64,000 nt of DNA. It comes from Candidatus Poribacteria bacterium (GTDB taxonomy: Bacteria; Poribacteria; WGA-4E; WGA-3G). Under the pieces are notes generated by a model that saw only the letters and a list, made by a program, of their open reading frames with translations, had not been told where the DNA came from and ran no database searches. Position 1 is the first letter of the stretch. Every line of letters starts with the position of its first letter. The translations under genes and the position numbers were made by a program. The stretch is taken from positions 704,001 through 768,000 of the forward strand of contig CAXXUA010000005.1 in assembly GCA_963663765.2 (NCBI GenBank), read 5' to 3'. This document shows positions 1-9,756 of this stretch, piece by piece.

Positions 1-359
1 TTACCTTCAACTTCTACAGATTGATTATTTGTGGTGAATGCGTCCTTTTTGCCACGCTTCTTGAACTTCGGAAACTTCGCACGCTTACCAACCCAATTCG
101 CAAGCGCAGCAGACAAGTTACCAAATATGCTTTTATTGGCTACAACCTGATCCATATCTTTAGTCCAAGCATGTGCTTTCTTAGCAATATTAAATCGAGT
201 GTTTAACTTTGCAGCGGTTAAGAACTCATCATTTGCCAATGCAGACTTGAAATCTGCTAATGCATGATTATATGCAAATCTCGCATAGCCACACTGTTGT
301 GCAAACCATTTTCGTTGATTGTTATTTGGATTCAATGCAATCTTATGTGTTTTTAGCAT
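1..359 (-). CDS. tnpB: IS200/IS605-family RNA-guided endonuclease TnpB, N-terminal part (runs off window edge; absent from ORF track)
   Basis: Manual translation from ATG at 359: MLKTHKIALNPNNNQRKWFAQQCGYARFAYNHALA...AKFPKFKKRGKKDAFTT, with the typical TnpB N-terminal HTH (G.ARF.YN.AL) and FPKFKK motif; open to base 3. Confidence 0.9.
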   Translation of the reverse strand, partial: MLKTHKIALNPNNNQRKWFAQQCGYARFAYNHALADFKSALANDEFLTAAKLNTRFNIAKKAHAWTKDMDQVVANKSIFGNLSAALANWVGKRAKFPKFKKRGKKDAFTTNNQSVEVEG

Positions 360-406
360 GATGATATTCCAGTCCTATGAAGACGTCAGTTCCCTCTACT
401 AAAGGT

Positions 407-549
407 GTGTAGGTGTTAGTAGCACCTACACTGAACTGGTATAATGAGTATCTCATGTTTTAAACCAAAAATCAAGTTTTTTCTTGACACAAGCACTTAG
501 CACGACTACATCCCACTACCTAAAGGTAGGGGTTTTGTCGTGATTCTTG
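407..549 (-). mobile_element. Left end of an IS200/IS605 (IS1341-like, tnpB-only) element with subterminal hairpins
   Basis: Hairpins gtgtaggtg..cacctacac (407-431) and cacgac..ctacc-taaa-ggtag..gtcgtg (501-542) upstream of tnpB; no tnpA ORF between them and tnpB. Confidence 0.65.
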
Positions 550-717
550 ATAAGAAACTATGATAAAGTATAGCAAATTTCTTGTATTCGTGTCATCAAT
601 TATATTGCAAATCAAAAGGAAACATGCGTTATGTTATTTTCTTCATGAAATTTCTTTCATATATTTTCTATCTTATGGTATACTACAAAGCGAAATTAGT
701 GATTATTGGAGGAAGGA

Positions 718-1689
718 ATGAAACCAACGGATAGAAAGTGGGATGGAACGATAACACGTTATCCTGAACCAGCTGTTGAAGTACTTGATTCCCGGTTTAA
801 TAAGTACAAAATTGGGAATGCAGCCGTAGAAAGACTTTGGACTGGTGCGCGTTGGTCCGAAGGTCCCGTCTGGTTTGGTGATGGTGGTTACCTACTATGG
901 AGTGACATTCCAAACAACAGAATACTGAAGTGGGAAGAGGCAATTGGGAAAGTATCTGTATTCCGCAAACCCTCTAACTATAGTAACGGACATACAAGAG
1001 ACAGACAAGGAAGACTCATTAGTTGTGAACACGGATCACGAAGCGTCACTCGTACGGAATATGACGGTACAATTACAGTTCTAATGGATGCTTATACTGG
1101 AAAAAGGCTTAACGCACCAAACGATGTCGCAGTCCATACAGATGGTGGTATCTGGTTTACCGATCCAGGTTACGGGATTATGCTCAACTATGAAGGTCAT
1201 ATTGCAGAATTTGAATTACCTACTTCGGTTTACAGACTTAACCCAGAATCCAATGAAGCTACCGTTGTAACTGATGAACTTGAAAAACCCAATGGGATAT
1301 GTTTTTCACCTGATTATAGTAAACTCTATGTTGTGGATACAGGGGTGACCCACAAAGAAGGCACACCAAGAAACATCTATGTCTTTGATGTTGCTAATTG
1401 CGATCACTTAGAGAACAAACAGGTGTTTTGTGATATGGCACCAGGTATTGCAGATGGTATCAGGTGTGATATCGATGGTAATTTATGGGCAAGTGCAGGA
1501 TGGGTAGGAGAGGGTTACGACGGTGTACATATATTCGCTTCGGATGGAACGATGATCGGTAAAATACACTTACCAGAAATCTGTTCTAACCTATGTTTTG
1601 GTGGCGTAAAACGTAATAGACTCTTTATGACTGGTAGCCAATCGCTCTATTCTGTCTATGTGGAAGCACAAGGACTACCGTTATTCTAA
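718..1689 (+). CDS. SMP-30/gluconolactonase/LRE family protein
   Basis: W.EGP.W, NAPND, PNG..FSPD and DG...D..GNLW motifs; ATG at 718 after GGAGG preferred over TTG 706. Confidence 0.92.
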   Translation: MKPTDRKWDGTITRYPEPAVEVLDSRFNKYKIGNAAVERLWTGARWSEGPVWFGDGGYLLWSDIPNNRILKWEEAIGKVSVFRKPSNYSNGHTRDRQGRLISCEHGSRSVTRTEYDGTITVLMDAYTGKRLNAPNDVAVHTDGGIWFTDPGYGIMLNYEGHIAEFELPTSVYRLNPESNEATVVTDELEKPNGICFSPDYSKLYVVDTGVTHKEGTPRNIYVFDVANCDHLENKQVFCDMAPGIADGIRCDIDGNLWASAGWVGEGYDGVHIFASDGTMIGKIHLPEICSNLCFGGVKRNRLFMTGSQSLYSVYVEAQGLPLF

Positions 1690-1712
1690 GTTAGCAGTAA
1701 TTCCTTAGTACA

Positions 1713-2730
1713 ACGAGTTGTGCTAAATAACTATATGTTAATCATTGTTTCACATAAGCATGACGTTTTGCAGGTGTCCTTCATAGTTTGAAACGATCTT
1801 TAGTCCCGTAGGGACGATATGTTTATAGAAATACGCCATAGCACATACTCTTTAGTCCCGACAAATGCCATACGCGCATTTGGCGTTGATTTGGTAGGGA
1901 CGATATGTTTATAGAAATACGCCATAGCACATACTCTTTAGTCCCGACAAATGCCATACGCGCATTTGGCGTTGATTTGGTAGAGACGATATGTTTATAG
2001 AAATACGCCATAGCACATACTCTTTAGTCCCGACAAATGCTATACGCGCATTTGGCGTTGATTTGGTAGGGACGATATGTTTATAGAAATACGACATAGC
2101 ACATACTCTTTAGTCCCGACAAATGCTATACGCGCATTTGGCGTTGATTTGGTAGGGACGATATGTTTATAGAAATACGACATAGCACATACTCTTTAGT
2201 CCCGACAAATGCCATACGCGCATTTGGCGTTGATTTGGTAGCGACGATATGTTTAGAGAAATACGCCATAGCACATACTCTTTAGTCCCGTAGGGACGAT
2301 ATGTTTATAGAAATACGCCATAGCACATACTCTTTAGTCCCGACAAATGCCATACGCGCATTTGGCGTTGATTTGGTAGCGACGATATGTTTAGAGAAAT
2401 ACGCCATAGCACATACTCTTTAGTCCCGACAAATGCCATACGCGCATTTGGCGTTGATTTGGGTAGGGACGATATGTTTAGAGAAATACGCCATAGCACA
2501 TACTCTTTAGTCCCGTAGGGACGATATGTTTATAGAAATACGCCATAGCACATACTCTTTAGTCCCGTAGGGACGATATGTTTATAGAAATACGCCATAG
2601 CACATACTCTTTAGTCCCGACAAATGCCATACGCGCATTTGGCGTTGATTTGGTAGGGACGATATGTGTGCATTATAAACCTAATATATGTAAAAACTTT
2701 GAAAACAATGGGTTAACTAGCACAAGTCGT
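1713..2730. mobile_element. MITE family 1 (ACGAGTTGTGC...GCACAAGTCGT) with 12 tandem 52/86-bp REP-like units
   Basis: Imperfect TIR; flanks tagtaca/tagtact; same shell at 4632, 29297 and 49482; units built on gtcccgtagggac, 8 with and 4 without a 34-bp insert. Confidence 0.9.
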
Positions 2731-2837
2731 TAGTACTGCGAATCTCAGAAATGTGATTTTGTTCAAATTCACAAGATTGTATATCTGGTAAATCGGGGTT
2801 GGCAAACCCTCCTACCATTTATGAGATAGAATGTAGA

Positions 2838-3308
2838 TTAAAGATGCTGCGGTTCCTGATAGGAATAGCTTTGGATGACATCATTCATCAATAGACGTTG
2901 TGCAATTGTCTGTATCATTTCCGAGTTCAAGTCACCATGCAACCAGAACTTTTGACCAGTGCGTACAGCATCGACTCTGGATATACCTATGTCTTTTATC
3001 CCTTTTGCCGTACTATCACCCACTGCATCTGTAACACCAGGTTTGAATTGGACTTCAACAGTCCAATCTGAACTATTATCGTAAACACTGTCAAAAGTGT
3101 AGTTCTGTGTTATTGGATCAGCAAGAAGTTCTGATCCAATTCGGTCAACAGTTTGAGAGTCAAGATCACCTTCAATCCAATAGACCGCTGCAGTTCTGAC
3201 AGATTCCACACCTTGTATTCCAAGGTCAAAAATGTCTTCAACGATACCAAGTCCAATCGTGTCAGGTACATCAGACTTGTAAAATACTTCAACTTTCCAA
3301 TTCTTCAT
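2838..3308 (-). CDS. purS: Phosphoribosylformylglycinamidine synthase PurS-like protein (two tandem PurS domains)
   Basis: Two repeats VEV..K..V.D..G....LL.DP/ND.I. Confidence 0.75.
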   Translation of the reverse strand: MKNWKVEVFYKSDVPDTIGLGIVEDIFDLGIQGVESVRTAAVYWIEGDLDSQTVDRIGSELLADPITQNYTFDSVYDNSSDWTVEVQFKPGVTDAVGDSTAKGIKDIGISRVDAVRTGQKFWLHGDLNSEMIQTIAQRLLMNDVIQSYSYQEPQHL

Positions 3309-3388
3309 AGATGTCTTTCTTATGTTAGTGTAAACGTAGAGATGAAAACTTCAATTGTAGTAACAGATTTTCATGATGGATTTTCAAT

Positions 3389-4225
3389 ATGAATACAAAA
3401 CAGATTCGTATATTAGTATTTGGCGCGCATCCCGATGATTGTGATATAAAAGCTGGTGGCATAGCTGCATTATATGTCAATCAAGGACACCTTGTGAAGT
3501 TCATTTCAGTAACAAACGGTGATGCTGGTCACCATACGATGGGAGGTAGTCCATTAGCTCAAAGAAGAAATGCAGAAGCACAAGCAGCTGCAAAAGTAAT
3601 TGGAATCGCGTATGAACTTTTTGATAATCACGATGGAACGTTGATGCCAACCTTGGAAAATCGTTTACAAGTCATACGCGCTATTCGTGATTTCAAACCA
3701 GATCTGATTATGACCCACCGTCCTAACGACTATCATCCGGATCATCGCTATACATCAATACTTGTACAAGACGCTGCGTATATGGTCACCGTTCCGAATA
3801 TCTGTGCGTTAACGCCACATTTAGAGAAAAATCCGGTGATCGTTTATCTCAGTGACAACTTTCAGAAACCTTATCCTTTTTCACCTGATGTCGTCGTAGC
3901 AATTGATGATGTAATAGAAAAGAAAATAGACATGCTTTATTGTCACGAATCACAGTTTTTTGAATGGCTTCCTTACAACAGCGGTACACTAAAAAACGTA
4001 CCAAACAAACCTGACTCCCGTCGTGAATGGCTTGCAAAAAGAATAAAAAATCGCTTTCATACAATAGCAAAAACGTATCGGGATCGGTTGAAAGAACTAT
4101 ACGGTACGGAACTTGGTAATAACATTCAATATGCTGAGGCATTTGAAGCATGTGAATACGGTTCCTCTCTGACCACAGAAAACTTACCACACTTATTTCC
4201 TTTTTTTCTAAAAAACTCTGAATAA
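3389..4225 (+). CDS. PIG-L/LmbE family deacetylase
   Basis: GAHPDD and DYHPDH metal-binding motifs. Confidence 0.92.
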   Translation: MNTKQIRILVFGAHPDDCDIKAGGIAALYVNQGHLVKFISVTNGDAGHHTMGGSPLAQRRNAEAQAAAKVIGIAYELFDNHDGTLMPTLENRLQVIRAIRDFKPDLIMTHRPNDYHPDHRYTSILVQDAAYMVTVPNICALTPHLEKNPVIVYLSDNFQKPYPFSPDVVVAIDDVIEKKIDMLYCHESQFFEWLPYNSGTLKNVPNKPDSRREWLAKRIKNRFHTIAKTYRDRLKELYGTELGNNIQYAEAFEACEYGSSLTTENLPHLFPFFLKNSE

Positions 4226-4231
4226 GGTCAA

Positions 4232-4428
4232 TTTATGGTAAATTATGGAATTAATTACACACTTGCACAGGTAGGAGCGACCTCCTGGTCGCGACCGTAT
4301 GGAGACCATGTATCAATACCGTCACGACCAGGAGGTCACTCCTACCAAAGAAAAGAATAGGATACTCACAAGACAGCCAATATGGTAAATTGTAGAAATG
4401 TAATCTAATTTTTTAAATTTCGCCATAA
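4232..4428. mobile_element. MITE-like shell (TTATGGTAAATT ends) with GTAGGAGCGA REP doublet
   Basis: ttatggtaaatt...aaatttcgccataa ends; inverted pair gtaggagcgacctcctggtcg / cgaccaggaggtcactcctac; related ends at 46299-47180 and 50554-50583. Confidence 0.65.
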
Positions 4429-4631
4429 TTGGGTAATTCGTCCTAAAACACAACCAAATGGACACTATTTTCGTTTTTTGGTAACAATTTAAATGTAGAG
4501 TAAACCCAGTGGTAGCAAAGTTTTACAGGTATTTTCTTGGAAATTAAATAAATATTTTCTGCAAGTGTAACATTTTGTAATTTCTTGTTAAGATGAGAAT
4601 AATCTGTCAGTATTATTAATGTGTATATATA

Positions 4632-5032
4632 ACGAGTTGTGCTAAATAACTATATGTAAATCATTGTTTCACATAAGCATGACGTTTTGCATGTGTCCTT
4701 TATAGTTTGAATCGATCTTCAGTCCCGACAAATGCCATACGGGGAATGCCTTAATGGCATTCATACCGTTGATTTGGCGCATTTGGCGTTGATTTGGTAG
4801 GGACGATATGTTTATAGAAAAACGTCATAGTACATACTCTTTAGTCCCGACAAATGCCATACGGGGAATGCCTTAATGGCATTCATACCCGGGGAATGCC
4901 TTAATGGCATTCATACCGTTGATTTCTTGATTTGGCGCATTTGGCGTTGATTTGGTAGGGACGATATGTGTGCATTATAAACCTAATATATGTAAAAACT
5001 TTGAAAACAATGGGTTAACTGGCACAAGGCGT
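4632..5032. mobile_element. MITE family 1 copy with nested micro-insertions
   Basis: Same ends and internal sequence as 1713-2730; two REP units, each carrying the 34-bp insert, itself interrupted. Confidence 0.88.
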
Positions 5033-5157
5033 TTATATATTTTGTTACGCATCTGATATGTAATATATATTATTACATATCTAATAATATGTGTCAAGTA
5101 TTTTTCAGGGATATTCAGTTTTCCTAATATTTGGATTTTTCAAAAGAATAACCCCGC

Positions 5158-5505
5158 GGTAGGAGCGACCCGGGGAATGCCAAAAGGCATTCATACCCGA
5201 CGAATGCCATAGGCGCATTCGGCGTTGATTTGGGGGAATGCCTAAATGGCATTCATACCGTTGATTTCTTGATTTGGTGCTTTGTAAGCGCGCTCTTGGG
5301 ACTTGATGTGCCAGCGCGCTTACAAAGCACGCCTACCAGGGTAGGTTAGAGATAATTACCTAATTTATTTTTTAATCTTCATTAAGGCATTCTCCGCCTA
5401 CCAGGGTGGGTTAGATAGAATTATCTAATTTATCTAACTTCATTAGGGACGATATGTTTATAAGTTGGGGTTCGTACATACATATCGTTCCTACAGGACT
5501 AAAGG
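5158..5505. repeat. Composite REP / micro-element cluster
   Basis: GTAGGAGCGA arm, three stacked micro-hairpins (5172-5276), gtgctttgtaagcgcgc REP pair, truncated micro-element (5381-5395), tagggacgatatg pair. Confidence 0.8.
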
Positions 5506-5664
5506 CATGGACAAGATGGCAACACATAAAATTAACGTTATAGCAATAATTCATCAAAATACCTCAAACTAAATAACCCTGCCATCATGATGTTTTTCTT
5601 GTCATTTCTTTGGATATATGGTATTTTATTAAAATATATTTCCCCAAACGAAAAGGACAATCCA

Positions 5665-8040
5665 GTGAGTCTGCCAAAAACGCTAATAAGCATTCTCTTT
5701 TTTTTCAGTCTACTTCCAATAATTGCTACAGCCAAATCGCCAAAAGCGCGTACACATCTCCCCACAAATTCGGTAGCAATGAGCGATGATGCATTAGCCA
5801 CTTTCTTCAACCCCGCAGGATTAGGCACTCACCGCGCTTTGAACTTATACTATCTAAGAACATACCGCAGCGACACCCCCGGCGATGATGCCTTCTTTAT
5901 CTCCGCTCCAAGTAGTGGATTTGGCATGGAGTTTGTGAACGCACCAAACGACATAGACTTTACACGATACAGTTTGGCTGCCGGACAACATCTCGGAGAT
6001 GCTTTGTACTGGGGAACAAACTATAGTTGGATCAACTCGGATAATGAGTCCTATGATAAGTATAAGGCTATATCTATCGGTTTGATGTACCGTCGCCGCT
6101 ATTTTTCAATCGGAGCGATAGGACGCGACCTTAACCGACCCACACTACTCGATCAAAAGATGCCGCGAATCTACGATATGGGGATTGCACTACGCCCAGG
6201 AACATGGCGTACAACTTTCTCATTTGATGTACGAAAAACGCAAAATGTAAGCGAATTAGACCTGAGTTATGGTCTTGAAATTCGTCCCATTCGTGAATTT
6301 ATACTCCGTGGCACATATAACAGCGATAACAGCTATGACATTCGCTTCGGTATCAACATAGGCAATTTCGGTTTCGGTACAGTCAACGACTTTGATCACG
6401 GTGGGGAATCCAACGCAGGTGTCGGTTACATGCACTTCTCATCCGCATCTATAACAAAACCCATATTTCGTAAACGGCTTTTTCTTGATTTAGGAATGGA
6501 ACAAATCGACGCTGCACTCCGAATTGCCAAATGGGACAATGATATCGCAGGTGCTTTAATCCGATTGGATGGCAGCAGCTACGGGATGGGGCAATTCCAA
6601 GAGATACGGGATGCTATAGTGGAATTCAAGGAAGCAGACAAAATCGTTATGTGTTACATTACTGACTGCTCAACGGGTGACTACATCGTTGCCTCAGCAT
6701 GCGACACAATCTTGATGCATCCGAGTGCTGATCTACGACTGATAGGGTTACGATCCGAACGCTCCTTCTACAAAGGTGCCCTGGACAAACTCGGTATCCA
6801 AGCACATCTTGAACACATCGGTGAATATAAATCTGCGGCAGCAGCATATACGCAAGAAAGCATGGCAGAACCACACCGCGAAAACCAAAATGCACTTCTT
6901 GACGATCTATACGACCAACTTACTACAGAGATCGCGACCACACGCGGCTGGACACCGGGAACTGTGATGAAGTTGATTGATAATGGTCCCTATACCGCAA
7001 AAGAGGCACAAAATGCAAATATTGTTGACGAACTACTTTACGATGATAGTCTGAACGTCATTGCCAGTCAACTCGCAGACACTGAAGTTAACCTGATTAA
7101 GCTCAATGATTATCTAAGAAGCGGATTGTACCCACACGACTGGACGGTGCAAAAACCTAAAATCGCAGTGATTGAAGCAACGGGTATGATGTTAACCGGA
7201 GAAAGTTTTTCTGACTTATTGACTGGAACTTCAGTGATGGGGGCAGATACAATTGCCCGCGCCATCAAGTATACGCGAGAAGATGCATCCATTAAGGCAG
7301 TTGTCTTGCGCATTGATAGCGGAGGCGGATTAGTCGTCGCCGCTGATATAATATGGAACGAACTCATGCGGCTCACAGAGGTAAAACCCCTTGTCGTCTC
7401 TATGGCAGATGTCGCTGCCTCTGGTGGATATTATATCGCCGCGGCTGCGGATGTCATTGTCGCAGAACCCGGGACCATTACAGGATCAATCGGTGTTATC
7501 GGTGGAAAGTATAGTTTCAAAGGATTGTATGAAAAAATTGGCATCAAGAAGGAGATAATGCAACGCGGTGCACACGCAGACTTTTACAGTGATTATAGTG
7601 ATTATCCACCACATGAACAGGAGATCGTTCAGAGACAGATCAAGGAGATTTATGACAATTTTATAACAAAAGTCGCATTGGGAAGAGATCAATTGACGAA
7701 GGAAGAAGTTGATAAAGTCGCACGCGGACGTGTCTGGACAGGACGACAAGCAAAAGAAAATGGATTGGTTGATGTACTCGGTGGGCTTAGCGATGCACTC
7801 TCAATTGCAAAAAAACGCGCAGGTCTGGAAAAACAGGTCGTTCAGGTTGTACGTTTACCAAAACCTACTTGGTTCACACAGTTGTTAGGTAACATTAGAC
7901 TGGTTTCTACCGAGAAATTGGCACCGTTGCCAAACATCTATCAGTTCTTTGGTCAATCAACCAGTCTAAAATTGCTGAATATCATAAAGAAACATAGAAT
8001 CTTTCTATTGATGCCTTATGAAGTATCTGTCGGTTCATAA
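5665..8040 (+). CDS. sppA: Signal peptide peptidase SppA (S49) fused to an N-terminal predicted beta-barrel domain
   Basis: GEYKSA (Lys), RIDSGGG, AASGGYY (Ser), ITGSIGV and GRVWTG..A...GLVD motifs; N-terminal signal peptide, FFNPAGLG motif and amphipathic strands; GTG 5665 after AAAGGA chosen as start. Confidence 0.88.
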   Translation: MSLPKTLISILFFFSLLPIIATAKSPKARTHLPTNSVAMSDDALATFFNPAGLGTHRALNLYYLRTYRSDTPGDDAFFISAPSSGFGMEFVNAPNDIDFTRYSLAAGQHLGDALYWGTNYSWINSDNESYDKYKAISIGLMYRRRYFSIGAIGRDLNRPTLLDQKMPRIYDMGIALRPGTWRTTFSFDVRKTQNVSELDLSYGLEIRPIREFILRGTYNSDNSYDIRFGINIGNFGFGTVNDFDHGGESNAGVGYMHFSSASITKPIFRKRLFLDLGMEQIDAALRIAKWDNDIAGALIRLDGSSYGMGQFQEIRDAIVEFKEADKIVMCYITDCSTGDYIVASACDTILMHPSADLRLIGLRSERSFYKGALDKLGIQAHLEHIGEYKSAAAAYTQESMAEPHRENQNALLDDLYDQLTTEIATTRGWTPGTVMKLIDNGPYTAKEAQNANIVDELLYDDSLNVIASQLADTEVNLIKLNDYLRSGLYPHDWTVQKPKIAVIEATGMMLTGESFSDLLTGTSVMGADTIARAIKYTREDASIKAVVLRIDSGGGLVVAADIIWNELMRLTEVKPLVVSMADVAASGGYYIAAAADVIVAEPGTITGSIGVIGGKYSFKGLYEKIGIKKEIMQRGAHADFYSDYSDYPPHEQEIVQRQIKEIYDNFITKVALGRDQLTKEEVDKVARGRVWTGRQAKENGLVDVLGGLSDALSIAKKRAGLEKQVVQVVRLPKPTWFTQLLGNIRLVSTEKLAPLPNIYQFFGQSTSLKLLNIIKKHRIFLLMPYEVSVGS

Positions 8041-8045
8041 ACTTC

Positions 8046-8711
8046 ATGTCCGAAAATCGGGGAAGGCGTATAATGATGCATGCCGATGAATTTGCTAATG
8101 CCAGAAAAAAAATGGTTCGCAACCAAATCGCAAACCGGGATATACGAAATCCTGATATACTGTCTGTTATGGAGAAAATCCAAAGACATCTATTTGTAAC
8201 TCATGAATATCAAGAATGGGCATATCAAGATAGACCGCTGCCAATAGACAAAGGGCAAACAATATCGCAACCCTACATCGTTGCATTAATGACTGATTTA
8301 CTCAAACTGTCACAGAATTCCAAAGTGCTTGAAATCGGAACTGGGTGTGGCTATCAGACTGCAGTTTTAGCTGAACTTGCCAAGGAAGTATATTCTGTAG
8401 AGATATTACCCGAACTCGCAGAAAGTGCTAAAGAAAAATTAGAAGAACTCAACTATGCAAACGTCCATTTTAAAGAGGGTAACGGTTATTATGGGTGGAT
8501 TGAAAATGCACCTTATGACGCGATTCTCGTAACGGCTGCACCCGCAAAAATACCGTATAGACTTACACAACAACTCGCTGACGATGGACGGATGGTCATC
8601 CCTGTCGGTTCTGACATACAACAACTCTTCTTAATAAAAAAATGTTCAGGTAAAGTAGAAACCACAACAATAACAGGTGTCAGTTTCGTTCCGATGACAG
8701 GCACACCGTAG
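8046..8711 (+). CDS. pcm: Protein-L-isoaspartate O-methyltransferase
   Basis: GQTISQPYIVA, VLEIGTGCGYQTAVLA, APYDAILVTAA and FVPM motifs. Confidence 0.96.
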   Translation: MSENRGRRIMMHADEFANARKKMVRNQIANRDIRNPDILSVMEKIQRHLFVTHEYQEWAYQDRPLPIDKGQTISQPYIVALMTDLLKLSQNSKVLEIGTGCGYQTAVLAELAKEVYSVEILPELAESAKEKLEELNYANVHFKEGNGYYGWIENAPYDAILVTAAPAKIPYRLTQQLADDGRMVIPVGSDIQQLFLIKKCSGKVETTTITGVSFVPMTGTP

Positions 8712-8719
8712 GAGAAAGC

Positions 8720-9676
8720 ATGAAAAAATATAGACTGAGATGTAGTTATATACTGTTCATAATCCTTGTCCTCACCCCGTCAACTTTTGCAGCATACAAT
8801 GACATCGGTGTTGGGGCGCGTCCATTGGGTCTTGGCGGTGCATTTGTCGCACTCGCTGATGATACCAACGCTACGCATTATAACGCCGCAGGCTTAGCCT
8901 ATATTGATAAAATACAGTTCGGTGCTACTTATGCACAACGATTTAACGGACTCGTTAACTATAACACCATTGGTGGCATAATCCCTATTGGAGGATTGGG
9001 AACTATCGGGGCTAATATCGGTTGGCTTACGGAAGACTCTGAGGTATATGAGGAGCGAACAATACGGATTTCTTACGGACGCACCCTCATAAGACAGTTG
9101 GGACTTGGACTTAACCTGAAACTATTTGGCACTACGTTTGATGAAGCAAACGAGTTTGTCATAGAGAATCCGTATTTTGCTCAAACATCAAGTTCTGCTG
9201 TTTCACTTGATCTTGGTCTTTTGGCAAAGCCGATCAACAGTCTCAGCATCGGTGTAGCGGTGGAGAATATACTCCCAGTAGACGTAAGTATTTCAGAGAC
9301 AGAAACAGACACAGTCCCAATGAACATCCGAGCAGGGATTGTATACAACCTTGAATCCATTGCAGAAATGAGCACACAGGGGTCAGCAATCACGAACTTA
9401 TTGAAAGGTACTATAGTTGCCGTTGAAGTGGTGTCCCGCGATAGTGAAATATATACACGTTTAGGCTTAGAGATGTGGATGAACAATGCCATCGGAGTTC
9501 GCGGTGGGTATGGAATGAATAATAGTGGTAATCCAGCGACAACCCTAAGCCTTGGTGGTAGTGCCAAGATACCCATCAGCAGTACAACATTCCAACTGGA
9601 TTATGGCTTCCAGTTATTAACTGGTGACTTGCAGGACAACACAACACAACGATTTTCAGTTAATCTCTTGTTCTGA
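8720..9676 (+). CDS. PorV/UPF0164-like outer-membrane beta-barrel protein
   Basis: Signal peptide; GVGARPLGLGGAFVALADD..A..YNAAGL motif; C-terminal barrel strand ending in F. Confidence 0.8.
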   Translation: MKKYRLRCSYILFIILVLTPSTFAAYNDIGVGARPLGLGGAFVALADDTNATHYNAAGLAYIDKIQFGATYAQRFNGLVNYNTIGGIIPIGGLGTIGANIGWLTEDSEVYEERTIRISYGRTLIRQLGLGLNLKLFGTTFDEANEFVIENPYFAQTSSSAVSLDLGLLAKPINSLSIGVAVENILPVDVSISETETDTVPMNIRAGIVYNLESIAEMSTQGSAITNLLKGTIVAVEVVSRDSEIYTRLGLEMWMNNAIGVRGGYGMNNSGNPATTLSLGGSAKIPISSTTFQLDYGFQLLTGDLQDNTTQRFSVNLLF

Positions 9677-9756
9677 TGGCGGAATAAATCGTTATACGTG
9701 TTGCATGAAACCTCATTGTGCATTATAGGAAATGAAACTGTTCTACCAACCCACGA

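Noticed and set aside
1823-2499. Three similar 62-64 aa ORFs
   Set aside because: Products of the 86/52-bp repeat units.
1803-2660. Possible CRISPR array (regular repeats with 34-bp inserts)
   Set aside because: Inserts are essentially identical rather than unique spacers, some units lack them, the array is inside a TIR/TSD element, and no cas genes are in the window.
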